This document shows positions 10,061 to 19,059 of a DNA stretch of 64,000 nt, piece by piece. The notes under the pieces were generated by a model. It made no database searches and was not told the origin of the DNA. It was given only the letters and a program-made list of their open reading frames with translations. The stretch is from Gammaproteobacteria bacterium (GTDB lineage Bacteria > Pseudomonadota > Gammaproteobacteria > Eutrophobiales > Eutrophobiaceae), in assembly GCA_965116495.1 (NCBI GenBank), contig OZ220696.1, forward strand, positions 960,001 through 1,024,000, in the 5' to 3' direction. The translations under genes were made by a program, and so were the position numbers. The number at the start of each line of letters is the position of its first letter. Positions within the stretch are counted from its first letter, which is position 1.

Positions 10061-10624
10061 ATGAACATAACAAAAGATGATGCTGCAGCGGCATTACGCT
10101 ATGCAGGCCAGGCTGGCGAACACAGCCAGACCCTTTTTAACTACGAGATGGCAAGCCCCTACCTGCTGCTCTGGGGAGTACTGTGGGTCATTGCCGGTAT
10201 AGTCGGTGTTTTCTCGCCACAGCACACCAACATTGCTTGGCTGATAGTCAACACTGTCGGTATTGTCGCCACCGGCTATCTTGTCGCCTGTGACTCGCGG
10301 CGTATACCTAAAGATAGTGAGCGTAGCGAGGGATTACGTTACGGAGCGACTGTTGCCGTATTAACTGCGTTCCTTACCATGACGTTTTTGGTCTTTGCAC
10401 CAGTGTCCGGAGTTGAAGTTCAAACATTCATCACCATACTGATCGCCGCAATTTATATGATCCTGGGCTTGTGGACAGGTTACAGGCTTGCGGTTATTGG
10501 CTTAGTCCTGGCTATCCTGGTGACAAGTGCTTTTTTCTACACCCCGGCCCAGTTTCCGCTGATGGTCTCCATACTCGGCGGTGCGGCGCTAATTTTGGGC
10601 GGTCTGTGGATGCGGAGAGCCTGA
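10061..10624 (+). CDS. Integral membrane protein
   Basis: ~6 TM segments; GGAGG RBS before ATG 10061; coupled to the downstream wHTH gene. Confidence 0.75.
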   Translation: MNITKDDAAAALRYAGQAGEHSQTLFNYEMASPYLLLWGVLWVIAGIVGVFSPQHTNIAWLIVNTVGIVATGYLVACDSRRIPKDSERSEGLRYGATVAVLTAFLTMTFLVFAPVSGVEVQTFITILIAAIYMILGLWTGYRLAVIGLVLAILVTSAFFYTPAQFPLMVSILGGAALILGGLWMRRA

Positions 10625-10921
10625 TTGAACGCCCCCGACGAAATCATTCACCAGTCGGTGCGTCTCAGGATCATGTCCGCACTGAACGCCTTGCCGCGCA
10701 AGGAATTGCTGGAGTTTGTCCGGCTCAAAGCCGTAACCGAAGCCACGGACGGCAACCTGGGCGCGCACCTGACTACCCTTGAGAAAGCAGGTTATGTGAA
10801 GATCGTCAAGGACTTCGCCGGCAAGAAACCCAGGACCCGGGTCGGGATTACCGCACCGGGACAACAGGCTTTTCAAAATCACGTGTCATACCTGCGTGAA
10901 CTGCTTGAGAGATCAGTATAG
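10625..10921 (+). CDS. Winged-helix transcriptional regulator (MarR/ArsR-like, HTH_34 type)
   Basis: IHQSVRLRIMSAL, TDGNLGAHL..LE.AGYV...K.F.GKKPRT. Confidence 0.88.
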   Translation: MNAPDEIIHQSVRLRIMSALNALPRKELLEFVRLKAVTEATDGNLGAHLTTLEKAGYVKIVKDFAGKKPRTRVGITAPGQQAFQNHVSYLRELLERSV

Positions 10922-11000
10922 GGTCGGACCAGCCCATTTTGATACAACCTTTTGATAATAAAGATAACATATGTCATCTAGTGGTGCGCTACTACGCTTA
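10914..11000 (+). repeat. ~87-bp dispersed repeat, copy 1 (putative mobile-element end)
   Basis: CAGTATAGGGTCGGACCAGCCC...TACTACGCTTA, near-identical to 13342-13428. Confidence 0.8.
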
Positions 11001-11069
11001 GAGATAACAAAGTATTCTTCAAATAATTTGGACTCATTATTCATAACTGATTTTGCGCTTTGCTGAGTA

Positions 11070-11300
11070 CTAGGGAACCTCTGATTAAGTCAGAGGTTCC
11101 TACGGTACAGGGATGTGCCGTCAAAATCAATGACTGTAGGTCATTGATTTTGGGAGCAAAACAAAAACCGCATTTTTGTTTTCACTCGCTACATCCTTGT
11201 AGCTCGCCGCAAGGCGGCAACAAGTTGTGCAAATCGGCTATCCTGCCGATTTGTGCGTGCTCTGACAAGTCCCGGACGGACTTGATCAGAGCTTCCCTAG
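11070..11300. mobile_element. MITE with IS5-like terminal inverted repeats and CTAG target duplication
   Basis: CTAG|GGAACCTCTGATTAAGTC ... GACTTGATCAGAGCTTCC|CTAG; no transposase; interior is a series of hairpins. Confidence 0.75.
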
Positions 11301-11755
11301 ATTATCAATTCATTCAATTCCGGTTTGTTTTCCTTCAACCAGTTTCTGAGAACGCTCAACAGATATTCCGCGTGTGAGATGCATTCATCTACTGCACTTA
11401 CGGGTATGATATCTCCCGAGTAATCAGCTACATTACGCTGCTTTCTTAGCGCGTCCAGCACGATGACTGTTCTATTATCGAGGCTAATCGTCTGAGTAAG
11501 CGACTGTATCATTATCATATGATGCCCTGGTTTATTTGTCAGTGTCCTGTATCCGTTTGCCTGCATGGCAGCATTAGCCAACTGCATAATGGCCTTGTAG
11601 GCGACATCAAACCGGTTTTCGGCACTGATCTCCGTGACATAGGCATCTTTAATATTACGTTCGGCTGCTGAGATTAATCGTTTTATTACAGCCGCATCAG
11701 GGTCGGTTTTGTCAAGCGATATCCCTACCAGATTATCCAAGCCCATGGCCATCAC
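11297..11755 (-). CDS. HEPN-like partner of an MNT nucleotidyltransferase
   Basis: RFDVAYKAI, GYR....GHH, LRKQRNVADY; overlaps the MNT gene. Confidence 0.75.
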   Translation of the reverse strand: MMAMGLDNLVGISLDKTDPDAAVIKRLISAAERNIKDAYVTEISAENRFDVAYKAIMQLANAAMQANGYRTLTNKPGHHMIMIQSLTQTISLDNRTVIVLDALRKQRNVADYSGDIIPVSAVDECISHAEYLLSVLRNWLKENKPELNELII

Positions 11756-12314
11756 CTATCACATCCATTCTCGGTTTCAACAACAATTCTTCTACAAAAG
11801 TGTTCTTACTTTTTTTCATCAGTATCCATTCTTGCCTGCTATAGATCTTTGGATTGATTTCTCGGCCCAGAGTTTTCTGAACCAGATAAAGCAAACTCAC
11901 CACTTGGGAAAAACTTATGTCTCCGATAATCATTAAATCAATATCACTATCTGCTGTTTCTTCATTACTGGCTACTGAACCGTATATAAATGCCCAGTCA
12001 ATCTGTTCCGACAAGTCGGATAATGCCGAATTGATTGAACCGACGATACCGGAAGTTTTCTTTATTAATCCTGACAATTCCAAATAAATCGGGCAGTCCG
12101 GATTCGCCTGGTAATGATGCTGGTTTCCGATCTTTGTCATTCGAAGAATGCCGGCAGCCCGCATCCGGTCCAGTTCGCGCTTGATTGTGGCTACCCCCAT
12201 CCCTGTCAACCGCAGTATTTCCTTGACGTAGAAGCTTTTATCTGGCTGTGTAAATAACAGGCTCAAAACTTTCTGTTGGGTAACCGTAAAGAGTGCACCG
12301 CTTAATTGACTCAC
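11733..12314 (-). CDS. HTH + minimal nucleotidyltransferase (MNT) antitoxin
   Basis: AFIYGSVAS..ETADSDIDLMIIG, LGREINP; N-terminal wHTH. Confidence 0.88.
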   Translation of the reverse strand: MSQLSGALFTVTQQKVLSLLFTQPDKSFYVKEILRLTGMGVATIKRELDRMRAAGILRMTKIGNQHHYQANPDCPIYLELSGLIKKTSGIVGSINSALSDLSEQIDWAFIYGSVASNEETADSDIDLMIIGDISFSQVVSLLYLVQKTLGREINPKIYSRQEWILMKKSKNTFVEELLLKPRMDVIGDGHGLG

Positions 12315-12328
12315 GATTATCTATACCA

Positions 12329-12372
12329 ATAGTTCATCAATAGTGAACTATAGTTCAATAATAATGAACGAT
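12329..12372. promoter_or_regulatory. Two tandem palindromic operators upstream of MNT-HEPN
   Basis: ATAGTTCA-N7-TGAACTAT followed by ATAGTTCA-N7-TGAACGAT. Confidence 0.6.
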
Positions 12373-12412
12373 CAATGAGTACAATAAAATGCCGTTAAAA
12401 GCTTGCTTCCAG

Positions 12413-12571
12413 CTAATCAGTCTGGTTTTCGATACGCAAGCCCGGCACTTGTTAAAATAGTTCTCTTTCCTCACGTTCCGGTTGTTCTCGTTCTGTCATA
12501 AAGTCATCCGAGACTCCCGGCCCGTCAAACCAGTGCTCCCAGCTTTCCTCTGCGGGCGTCATGAGATGAGC
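12413..12571 (-). pseudogene. Collapsed vapBC remnant (3' half of vapB plus last codons of vapC)
   Basis: Minus strand reads ..TPAEESWEHWFDGPGVSDDFMTEREQPEREERELF* immediately followed by QVPGLRIENQTD*; not in the ORF track. Confidence 0.7.
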
Positions 12572-12674
12572 ATTGTTTAACTTTATTATTTTCATTTTTT
12601 TTGGTTTTGTCATAAATGAATTGCCTTTCAGTAATCCAGTATTAATGTATTATTACTGTAGATATTTCAACACA

Positions 12675-13140
12675 ATGAAACTCCGTGTCATTATCCTGTT
12701 CTTCGCCTTAATACTGCAAGTTATTGGCAGTCCATCCATCGCTGTTCCTGAAACACCGCCTAACATCATTCTAATCCTGGCCGATGACCTGGGTTATGGC
12801 GATGTCGGCATCTTCGGGGCTGAACTGGTCAAGACCCCACACCTGGACCACCTGGCAGCAGAGCGAATCACCACATGATGTATTGTATTACTTCAGCGAT
12901 GAGCGAATCGCTGCGCTGCGCACCCCGAACTGGAAGATGCTGGTGCAGGCACGCTATCGCGGTATCGACCGCCGGTTGCCGGCGCACGACGTCCTGTTAT
13001 TGTTCGATATGCGCACAGATCCGCAGGAGCGTTACAGTATAGCGGCACACCGGCCCGGCAAGTGGCAGGAGTTGCAGGCTTACCTGGCACGCGGACAACA
13101 GGAACTGGAAGCATTGGCGCGGAAAACAGGAAAAAACTGA
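12675..13140 (+). pseudogene. Arylsulfatase with large internal deletion and frameshift
   Basis: Signal peptide + [25 protein letters not shown] joined out of frame to C-terminal R...WK / LFDMRTDPQERY; no CxPxR motif. Confidence 0.85.
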
Positions 13141-13141
13141 C

Positions 13142-13341
13142 ATGACAAGTTCAAAACCGCGCGCCCGGGAACTGGGACTGCCCTTGGACGGGATAACCTG
13201 CAGCCACAATGCCATCACCGACGTCCCCGGCGTTTTGGTGGGTTTCACCACGATCAACCGTGATCGTGACTCGTTGGAAGTCGGCGCGGGGCCGGTCCAT
13301 ACCGGTATCACTGCGATCCTGCCGCACGGCAGGAGAGGGTA
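13142..13341 (+). pseudogene. P1/DmpA-family (S58) aminopeptidase, 5' fragment
   Basis: PRARELGLP..G....NAITDVPGVLVG.TT...HTGITAILP; homology ends at the repeat at 13342. Confidence 0.8.
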
Positions 13342-13428
13342 CAGTATAGGGTCGGACCAGCCCAGCTTGATACAACCTTTTGATAATAAAGATAAAGCAT
13401 GTCATATAGTGGTGTTGTACTACGCTTA
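13342..13428 (+). repeat. ~87-bp dispersed repeat, copy 2
   Basis: Near-identical to 10914-11000; a degenerate inverted copy of its first bases lies at ~13627-13643. Confidence 0.8.
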
Positions 13429-13726
13429 AACTGCGTTTTTCGTGCACCAAAACAGGGCTTTAAAGGGACATCAGAAGCTACGCACGTAGCCCACAGCGTA
13501 TCAGGATGATCGTGCCGTCAGACTGGAAGGGGAATCTTAAAACCCCGTTTTTGATGGCAAAAAGGGGGGGTTAAGGGCAAATAAGTGGCGCATATGGCAC
13601 ATAAACTGAATGAAAACAGATAGTTAGGGCGGTCCCACCTTACCCCCCTACCCCCTACCCCCCAGAAGTGGCTCAAGCGTGGGCGGGAGAAACTTGAAAA
13701 TCCGTATCGTTAATGAGGGTTTTACC

Positions 13727-13975
13727 TTGCTAACCAAAATACAGAAATGGGGGAACAGTCAGGGTCTCCGGTTTCCCAGGAATCTTCTGAATGAAGCCCA
13801 AATGAACGTAGGTGATGAAGTGAAAGTTCTAATCCGTAAGGGTCAAATAATTGTAGAACCTGTAACTAAAGTACGAGGTCGCTATGATTTGAAGGAACTG
13901 GTTGCAAAGATGCCGGAAAACTATCGGCATGAGGAAATGGACTGAGGTCCGCCGGTTGGCAAGGAAGTTTGGTAG
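13727..13975 (+). pseudogene. mazE: MazE/AbrB antitoxin with nonsense mutation
   Basis: KIQKWGNSQGLRFP; reads EEMD*GPPVGKEVW*, with TGA where the conserved Trp of DWGxPxGxExW is expected. Confidence 0.75.
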
Positions 13976-14078
13976 ATGCCCGGATATATTCCAAAAAAAG
14001 GAGATTTTGTTATCCTGACGTTCGACCTGCACAGCGGACACGAACAAAAGAGGCGCCGCCCGGCCCTGGTTGCGAGTA
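13976..14078 (+). pseudogene. mazF: MazF/PemK toxin 5' fragment
   Basis: YIPKKGD...FD..SGHEQ..RRPALV.S, then homology is lost. Confidence 0.8.
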
Positions 14079-14229
14079 AATGGTTTTGGTCACCTCGACC
14101 AAGGCGTTCAAAATTCAGGCCGGGATGGCGCGGGTTTTTGCTGAACTGCTCGACAGCCCTGTAGCAACGGTTTTTATCCTTTCGGGTCAAATGCGCTCTA
14201 TGAAAACTACGCGTGTAAAGCAATTTCAT
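14075..14229 (-). pseudogene. RelE-like domain 5' fragment
   Basis: MKLLYTRSF......F.KNPRHPGLNFERL; truncated where it meets the mazF fragment. Confidence 0.6.
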
Positions 14230-14369
14230 GGCACGCGATCAGTCTAGTCTATCAACGAACAATGCGGAAAACACGGATGACAGACTGTAATATCCGTTTT
14301 CTTTTTGCCTTATACACCTTGCGTTTTACAGCTTTCCTGAATTCCGTCAACGCTTTGTCCAAATCAAGG

Positions 14370-14387
14370 GGGAGCGACGACGCTCCC
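14370..14387 (-). terminator. Possible terminator hairpin after the four-gene operon
   Basis: GGGAGCG-N4-CGCTCCC 6 nt after the stop; weak U tract. Confidence 0.35.
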
Positions 14388-14393
14388 TGTTCC

Positions 14394-15335
14394 TCAGTTG
14401 GCCGCATCAGTTGACTCCCAAGGGTCGTTCCGTACTCGGTAAGTGTAGAACCAGTTTTTGATGGAGTCTTCTGCCTGTTGCCAACGCTTTTTTGCCGTTT
14501 CCGAGGTTAAATCCCAAACTTTGACGTAAAACACGCAGGAATAATCCCGAATTTGTCCGTTTTTACCCATCTCCTTGATCGGCCTTGCAGTTTTATCTAA
14601 CTCAAGTAGGGTAATACTGCTGGCTGTTTGTAGTGGCGCTAACGGTAATTTTGCATATTCTTCCGCATAGGTAACAGGTGCTGTTTGTCCACTTTCATCT
14701 ATGGCGCTTCCCGGTGGCGGGTTGCGCAACCTGATGTTCAGGCGCTCGTCGTACACCGCAATGTCCAGCAGATAATTGGGCTTTTCGTAACGCTCGCCGT
14801 TTCGAGTTTCAAGCGTGTACCAACAGGGCGGGTCGATACCTTTTCTGCTATATCGTCCTGCCTGGAGTTGCGTGGTTGTCCCCGGATATTTATCGCATTC
14901 TTTTTTACATTTAGCGGATGGCTCTGGACCTGTAGTATTTGTTTGCGGCCTTGGCCCAGGAGTATCTTGTGAGCCATTGCCACTCCCAACGGTTGTAATA
15001 TCGGTCGGAGGTGTCCCGCTCGGGGTTTTAGATTCTCCATTTGTCGGCTTTGCGAATATGGTAGGTGTTTGCGGTTCTGGTTCAGGAGTATCTTGTAGAC
15101 CATAACCGCTCGCAACGGTCGTAATCTCGTCTGGAGGTGGTGTCCCTCTCAGGGTTTCCGGTTCACTTGGCACCTCTGTGCCTGTGGTCTCTTCTTGACC
15201 ATTTTTCGACGCTTCATTTTTATCAGTTTCAACAGCATACAAAGCCAATAGCAACAGAAATAACAGCAGGATAAAAATTTCTGCGATTGTCAGGCCAAGA
15301 GTCAATCCCCTGCGGTACGGTTTAAGATCGGCCAT
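14394..15335 (-). CDS. MotB/ZorB/ExbD-like single-pass membrane protein with Pro/Thr linker and unrecognised periplasmic domain
   Basis: YRRGLTLGLTIAEIFILLLFLLLL TM with one acidic residue; starts 4 nt after the MotA-like gene. Confidence 0.6.
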   Translation of the reverse strand: MADLKPYRRGLTLGLTIAEIFILLLFLLLLALYAVETDKNEASKNGQEETTGTEVPSEPETLRGTPPPDEITTVASGYGLQDTPEPEPQTPTIFAKPTNGESKTPSGTPPTDITTVGSGNGSQDTPGPRPQTNTTGPEPSAKCKKECDKYPGTTTQLQAGRYSRKGIDPPCWYTLETRNGERYEKPNYLLDIAVYDERLNIRLRNPPPGSAIDESGQTAPVTYAEEYAKLPLAPLQTASSITLLELDKTARPIKEMGKNGQIRDYSCVFYVKVWDLTSETAKKRWQQAEDSIKNWFYTYRVRNDPWESTDAAN

Positions 15336-15339
15336 GCGT

Positions 15340-16695
15340 TCAACTGTCGCGCACCACGCGCGTCAGGTCTTCAATAGCCTGAGTCAAAGACATACGAACT
15401 TCTTGTGACATCAATTGCCACTGCTCTGCCTCTTTACGCAATACCACTACCAGATCGTCAAATTGTTGTGTATATTGCGGCATGGTTTCTGTAGCCTTGT
15501 TAAGCGAATCGGAAAATGTTCTGGTTGTATCGGGCAAGGCGACTGCCGCCTGCTTTATTCCGTTCACGGCAGCATCAAGAACCGTCAACGTTTGTTGCAG
15601 ACTGCCTTGCAGCGGGTCAAACCCGGCAGCAAGAGTTTTAGTGTTTCGTGCCGTTGTTTGCAGGTCGTTGACTATATTTTGCAAATCCTGGGTGATTGGA
15701 TTGATGGATTGCCAGTGCTCTGTCACGGCCCGCAGCGCTGTCACCAATTGCTCAAGTTGTTGCGTATATTGCGGCATGATTTTCGACGCTTGAGAAAGAG
15801 AATCCGAAAATGTTATCGCAGTGTCTGGTAAAACTGCCGTGGCCTGCTCTATTTTGGGCATAGCCTTTTCAAGCAGCACTACCACCTGCTCGACTCCGGT
15901 AGTCAGTGAATCGGATTTGGAAGAAAAGGCTTCTGCCTGCCGGGCAGTTATTTGCAGATTATTGACAACATTTTGCAGCGCTGTTGCTGCTTTGCCCAGA
16001 TCTTCAACCATGCTCGCGGACAGTGTTGAGAACATGCGCGCCTGCTCTTCGGCAGCCTCTTTCATTTGCCTGTTTATCTCTGTGCGGGCCTTTTGCGATT
16101 CCTGGGTTGTTTCATTGGTAGACTGTATAACAGCATGGCGAAACACACTCACATCTGCAATTGTTTGCGTCAGTTCTGAACGAAGTTTGAATGAGGAGTC
16201 GGCGAGGCTCTCTCGTGGCCCGCTGAGTTCTAAACGGTCTTCCTTACCCGGCGTGTAGAGCCAACGTCGTCTACGTTGCAACTGCTTTTCGGCATCTTCA
16301 GGTATGTTTTCAGCGCCCTCACGCTGTAACAGCAAAACACGAAACAATATACCGAAAATTGTGGAAATAAGCGCGATACCGAAGCTGCCGATTAATTTCT
16401 CAGTCCGCTCGGCAGCGTTAATCTGCTCGCTATCGAGCATGAATAAGGTTACCAGGGAATAAACAAGAGCTACCAGGGTAAAGAGCAGTCCGAGGTAGTA
16501 AACGTTGTCCGAGTGATATGAGATGGCGCTATCATTTCGAGCCTTGTAGTAATACCAGCACAGGCAAAGGAAACAGATAGATACAGCCCAAGATGATCCG
16601 TGAGCCGGGTTACTAACCAAGCCGCGCACTACACATGACGATACGCCACCGCCTGACAGCAGAATCACAAAAAGGTTCTTGTTGAACCAAGTCAC
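15340..16695 (-). CDS. MotA/TolQ/ExbB (ZorA-like) membrane protein with long helical tail
   Basis: YYLGLLFTLVAL and FGIALISTIFGI TM motifs followed by ~300 aa amphipathic helical tail; GTG start overlaps the upstream stop (GTGA). Confidence 0.7.
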   Translation of the reverse strand: MTWFNKNLFVILLSGGGVSSCVVRGLVSNPAHGSSWAVSICFLCLCWYYYKARNDSAISYHSDNVYYLGLLFTLVALVYSLVTLFMLDSEQINAAERTEKLIGSFGIALISTIFGILFRVLLLQREGAENIPEDAEKQLQRRRRWLYTPGKEDRLELSGPRESLADSSFKLRSELTQTIADVSVFRHAVIQSTNETTQESQKARTEINRQMKEAAEEQARMFSTLSASMVEDLGKAATALQNVVNNLQITARQAEAFSSKSDSLTTGVEQVVVLLEKAMPKIEQATAVLPDTAITFSDSLSQASKIMPQYTQQLEQLVTALRAVTEHWQSINPITQDLQNIVNDLQTTARNTKTLAAGFDPLQGSLQQTLTVLDAAVNGIKQAAVALPDTTRTFSDSLNKATETMPQYTQQFDDLVVVLRKEAEQWQLMSQEVRMSLTQAIEDLTRVVRDS

Positions 16696-17480
16696 AGCGG
16701 TGTTTGCCTGACAACGCGACCACCAAAGGCTTCTATTACCTGGGTCCACCAGAAATAGTGTTCTCGAGTTTGTTTATTCTCTAACCCGGGTCTACGCACG
16801 TAGAACATCCAGACATCTACACCGCTGAGGTTACTACTCATTGCAGCATAACCAGGCATTGATTTGAACGTTGCCATATCTGGCAGTGAATTGTAGTGAG
16901 ACAAGAGTTCAGAGTTTTGCAGCATGTCTGAAAACAATAGGATGCGCGTCGGCTTTTGTTGTGCCTCGACGCCTAAATTCGGCACATGGCGGGCAGTTAC
17001 TAATGCGATAGATTCCAGCAAAGGTGACTGCTTGCCTTCAACCTGCTCGTTAAGCCTAGGCAGGGCTCGTATTATCGAATTTTCAAAGCGCCTCCAATTT
17101 TCTCGTGCCTTTTTGGGGCTGCTAAAAAAATCGTCTCTCAAAGTACGATCGTCGGGGTTCCCCGGATTGCAAACCCGCAAAGGCCTGCCAATTTCTGTAA
17201 TTTGGGGCGTCAACTGGTAAACAATCAATTCATGTCCATGTTGTAAGTAATGCTGATTATCAGTATCACGGAACGCTCTGAGCAGATGTTTCAATCTCTC
17301 TTGTGCAACCAGAGTTAGCGTGTCCGTGGTGTCTATCAACAGGATAACCTGCTGTTCACTACCGCTTCTTGGGCAGAGGGTTCGATGGTCAAATTCTTCG
17401 TTCGCATCAACTGCTCCTGATAACAACATTATGATCAAGATACTCGGGAACAAGGGTCGGCAAGTGTGGTGTGTGTTCAT
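16692..17480 (-). CDS. Exported vWA-like domain protein
   Basis: Signal peptide; VILLIDTTD, SPLLESI and RILLFSDMLQNS resemble a degenerate MIDAS fold; ATGA overlap. Confidence 0.65.
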   Translation of the reverse strand: MNTHHTCRPLFPSILIIMLLSGAVDANEEFDHRTLCPRSGSEQQVILLIDTTDTLTLVAQERLKHLLRAFRDTDNQHYLQHGHELIVYQLTPQITEIGRPLRVCNPGNPDDRTLRDDFFSSPKKARENWRRFENSIIRALPRLNEQVEGKQSPLLESIALVTARHVPNLGVEAQQKPTRILLFSDMLQNSELLSHYNSLPDMATFKSMPGYAAMSSNLSGVDVWMFYVRRPGLENKQTREHYFWWTQVIEAFGGRVVRQTPL

Positions 17481-18946
17481 AAACTGCCTCGTTCCGGGTC
17501 AACGCTTTCGGACATTACATCTGCGAGTTCTCTGAATTTTTTTCCGGCTGCATCAGCTACTCTGTCAACTTCTGCTCGTGCGTCCTCTGCAGCTTGCACT
17601 ATCTTCTCAACATTGGTTGCATCCTGAGGGGTGAAATCCGGTGGCTGGGTGAGATGTCCGTTAATTGGTGTATCTGTGCCGAAATAAGCTGGGGGTGGTT
17701 CACTACGAGTCTCCAAATTCCGATCCTGATACAACCTCATGAGGCGCGTCTGCTGTGTCGCAAGGGTGGATATCCAGGTTATATAGTTGTTTTGCAAGGT
17801 TTCAGCGCGATTGATCAAGTCAGCGCGTTGCGACCGTATATTAACTGTCTTAACACGCTCATCGGCGACTTTGTCCCTGGCAGCTTTGATTGTCCGGTCA
17901 ATTTTTGTCCCTACCGTTTTAATCAACTCAGTGTATTGTTTGTGGGCCAGATTTCGTTCCACATCACGCTTCATGTATCCCGGACAAGGGTCCAACATGG
18001 AATACCATTTGTAAGTGGAGCCAGCAAAACAACCTATTCCGATGACAATTAGTAAAACAGACAATACTGAGTCTATGCCGAATGGTGAACTTTTGAACCT
18101 GTCCATCGCCTGTATCGTGTAGTCAACAAAACCATAATCGACAGGTTCAGAATCGAAAGTATCCCAATTTATAACGTTCTGCCCCTCGTTCGACTTAACC
18201 TCGGTAAGCGCATCACGATAATGCCCCACGCCAAAATTGAATATCAAAACAAGAAGGAAAAAGGGGACAGAAATAGACGCCAGCCAGCGTAATTTCCATG
18301 AGGTGATATTCTTGTAGCGCCAAAACAACCCAACTATAGCTGCGCCGATCACTACATTGACCGCTGTGATAAGGACCGTCTGACCAAAGGCTGGCAGCCA
18401 ACCTACAAAATCGATCAGCAGGAATGCATTCAGGGCTGCTTCGACTATCAGGATGCTCAACAAAATGATGCCGGACTGCCAAGGACTATAACTGGCGCTC
18501 CGGGTCAAGCGGTTTTCCTGGCGGAATTGTTCGTAGGATTTTTCCGCATCCTGCCACTTGCCTTTTTTTATTATTCCTTCCTGATCGAAGTTATTTATTT
18601 CATCCTCCAACTCCTGTTTCATGTTGTTTTTTACATCATTGATGCCGTTTATTTTCGCTTGAGGTTCCAGAATTTCTTCGAACGGAGTCAAGCGAGCTGA
18701 AAACCCGGTAAAATGCCTGGCCAGTGCCTGGTGGGTCTGTTGTGCGGTTTGTTTTATTTGCTCTACAATGCCGTATTCCAGTTCACTCATGCCTGTTGCT
18801 TGTGCAGCAGGAAGATTTTTCCGGCCGTCTTCAATGCCTTGCTTTGCGATGCGCTTCTTTTCTTCGTCAATATTCACCGTCAGAAAGGTTTCCTGGCTCT
18901 CATCAAAAGCGTTATTTCTCAGGCGTATTGTCGTCATTGGTTTCAT
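17477..18946 (-). CDS. Multi-pass membrane protein with N- and C-terminal coiled coils
   Basis: Long ORF (open to 19006; start uncertain, 18946 or 18937); ~4 TM segments flanked by charged helical regions. Confidence 0.75.
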   Translation of the reverse strand: MKPMTTIRLRNNAFDESQETFLTVNIDEEKKRIAKQGIEDGRKNLPAAQATGMSELEYGIVEQIKQTAQQTHQALARHFTGFSARLTPFEEILEPQAKINGINDVKNNMKQELEDEINNFDQEGIIKKGKWQDAEKSYEQFRQENRLTRSASYSPWQSGIILLSILIVEAALNAFLLIDFVGWLPAFGQTVLITAVNVVIGAAIVGLFWRYKNITSWKLRWLASISVPFFLLVLIFNFGVGHYRDALTEVKSNEGQNVINWDTFDSEPVDYGFVDYTIQAMDRFKSSPFGIDSVLSVLLIVIGIGCFAGSTYKWYSMLDPCPGYMKRDVERNLAHKQYTELIKTVGTKIDRTIKAARDKVADERVKTVNIRSQRADLINRAETLQNNYITWISTLATQQTRLMRLYQDRNLETRSEPPPAYFGTDTPINGHLTQPPDFTPQDATNVEKIVQAAEDARAEVDRVADAAGKKFRELADVMSESVDPERGSL

Positions 18947-19059
18947 CACGTACCAGAATATTGCAAAAAACGCATCATATTCTATCCTGTATTTTTTGCA
19001 AAACACTGACGGACGTTAATCAGTCATTGATTTCCCCACTGCTGTTCCCACTTTTACGG

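Noticed and set aside
13943-13945. TGA recoding (Trp or Sec) in mazE
   Set aside because: Other genes use TGA as stop and TGG for Trp; cognate mazF is also broken, so simple decay explains it
14394-16695. Calling the MotA/MotB-like pair canonical Zorya, flagellar stator or ExbBD/TolQR
   Set aside because: No OmpA-like domain, no recognised zorC-G, flagellar, tonB or tolA neighbours; kept as Zorya-like only
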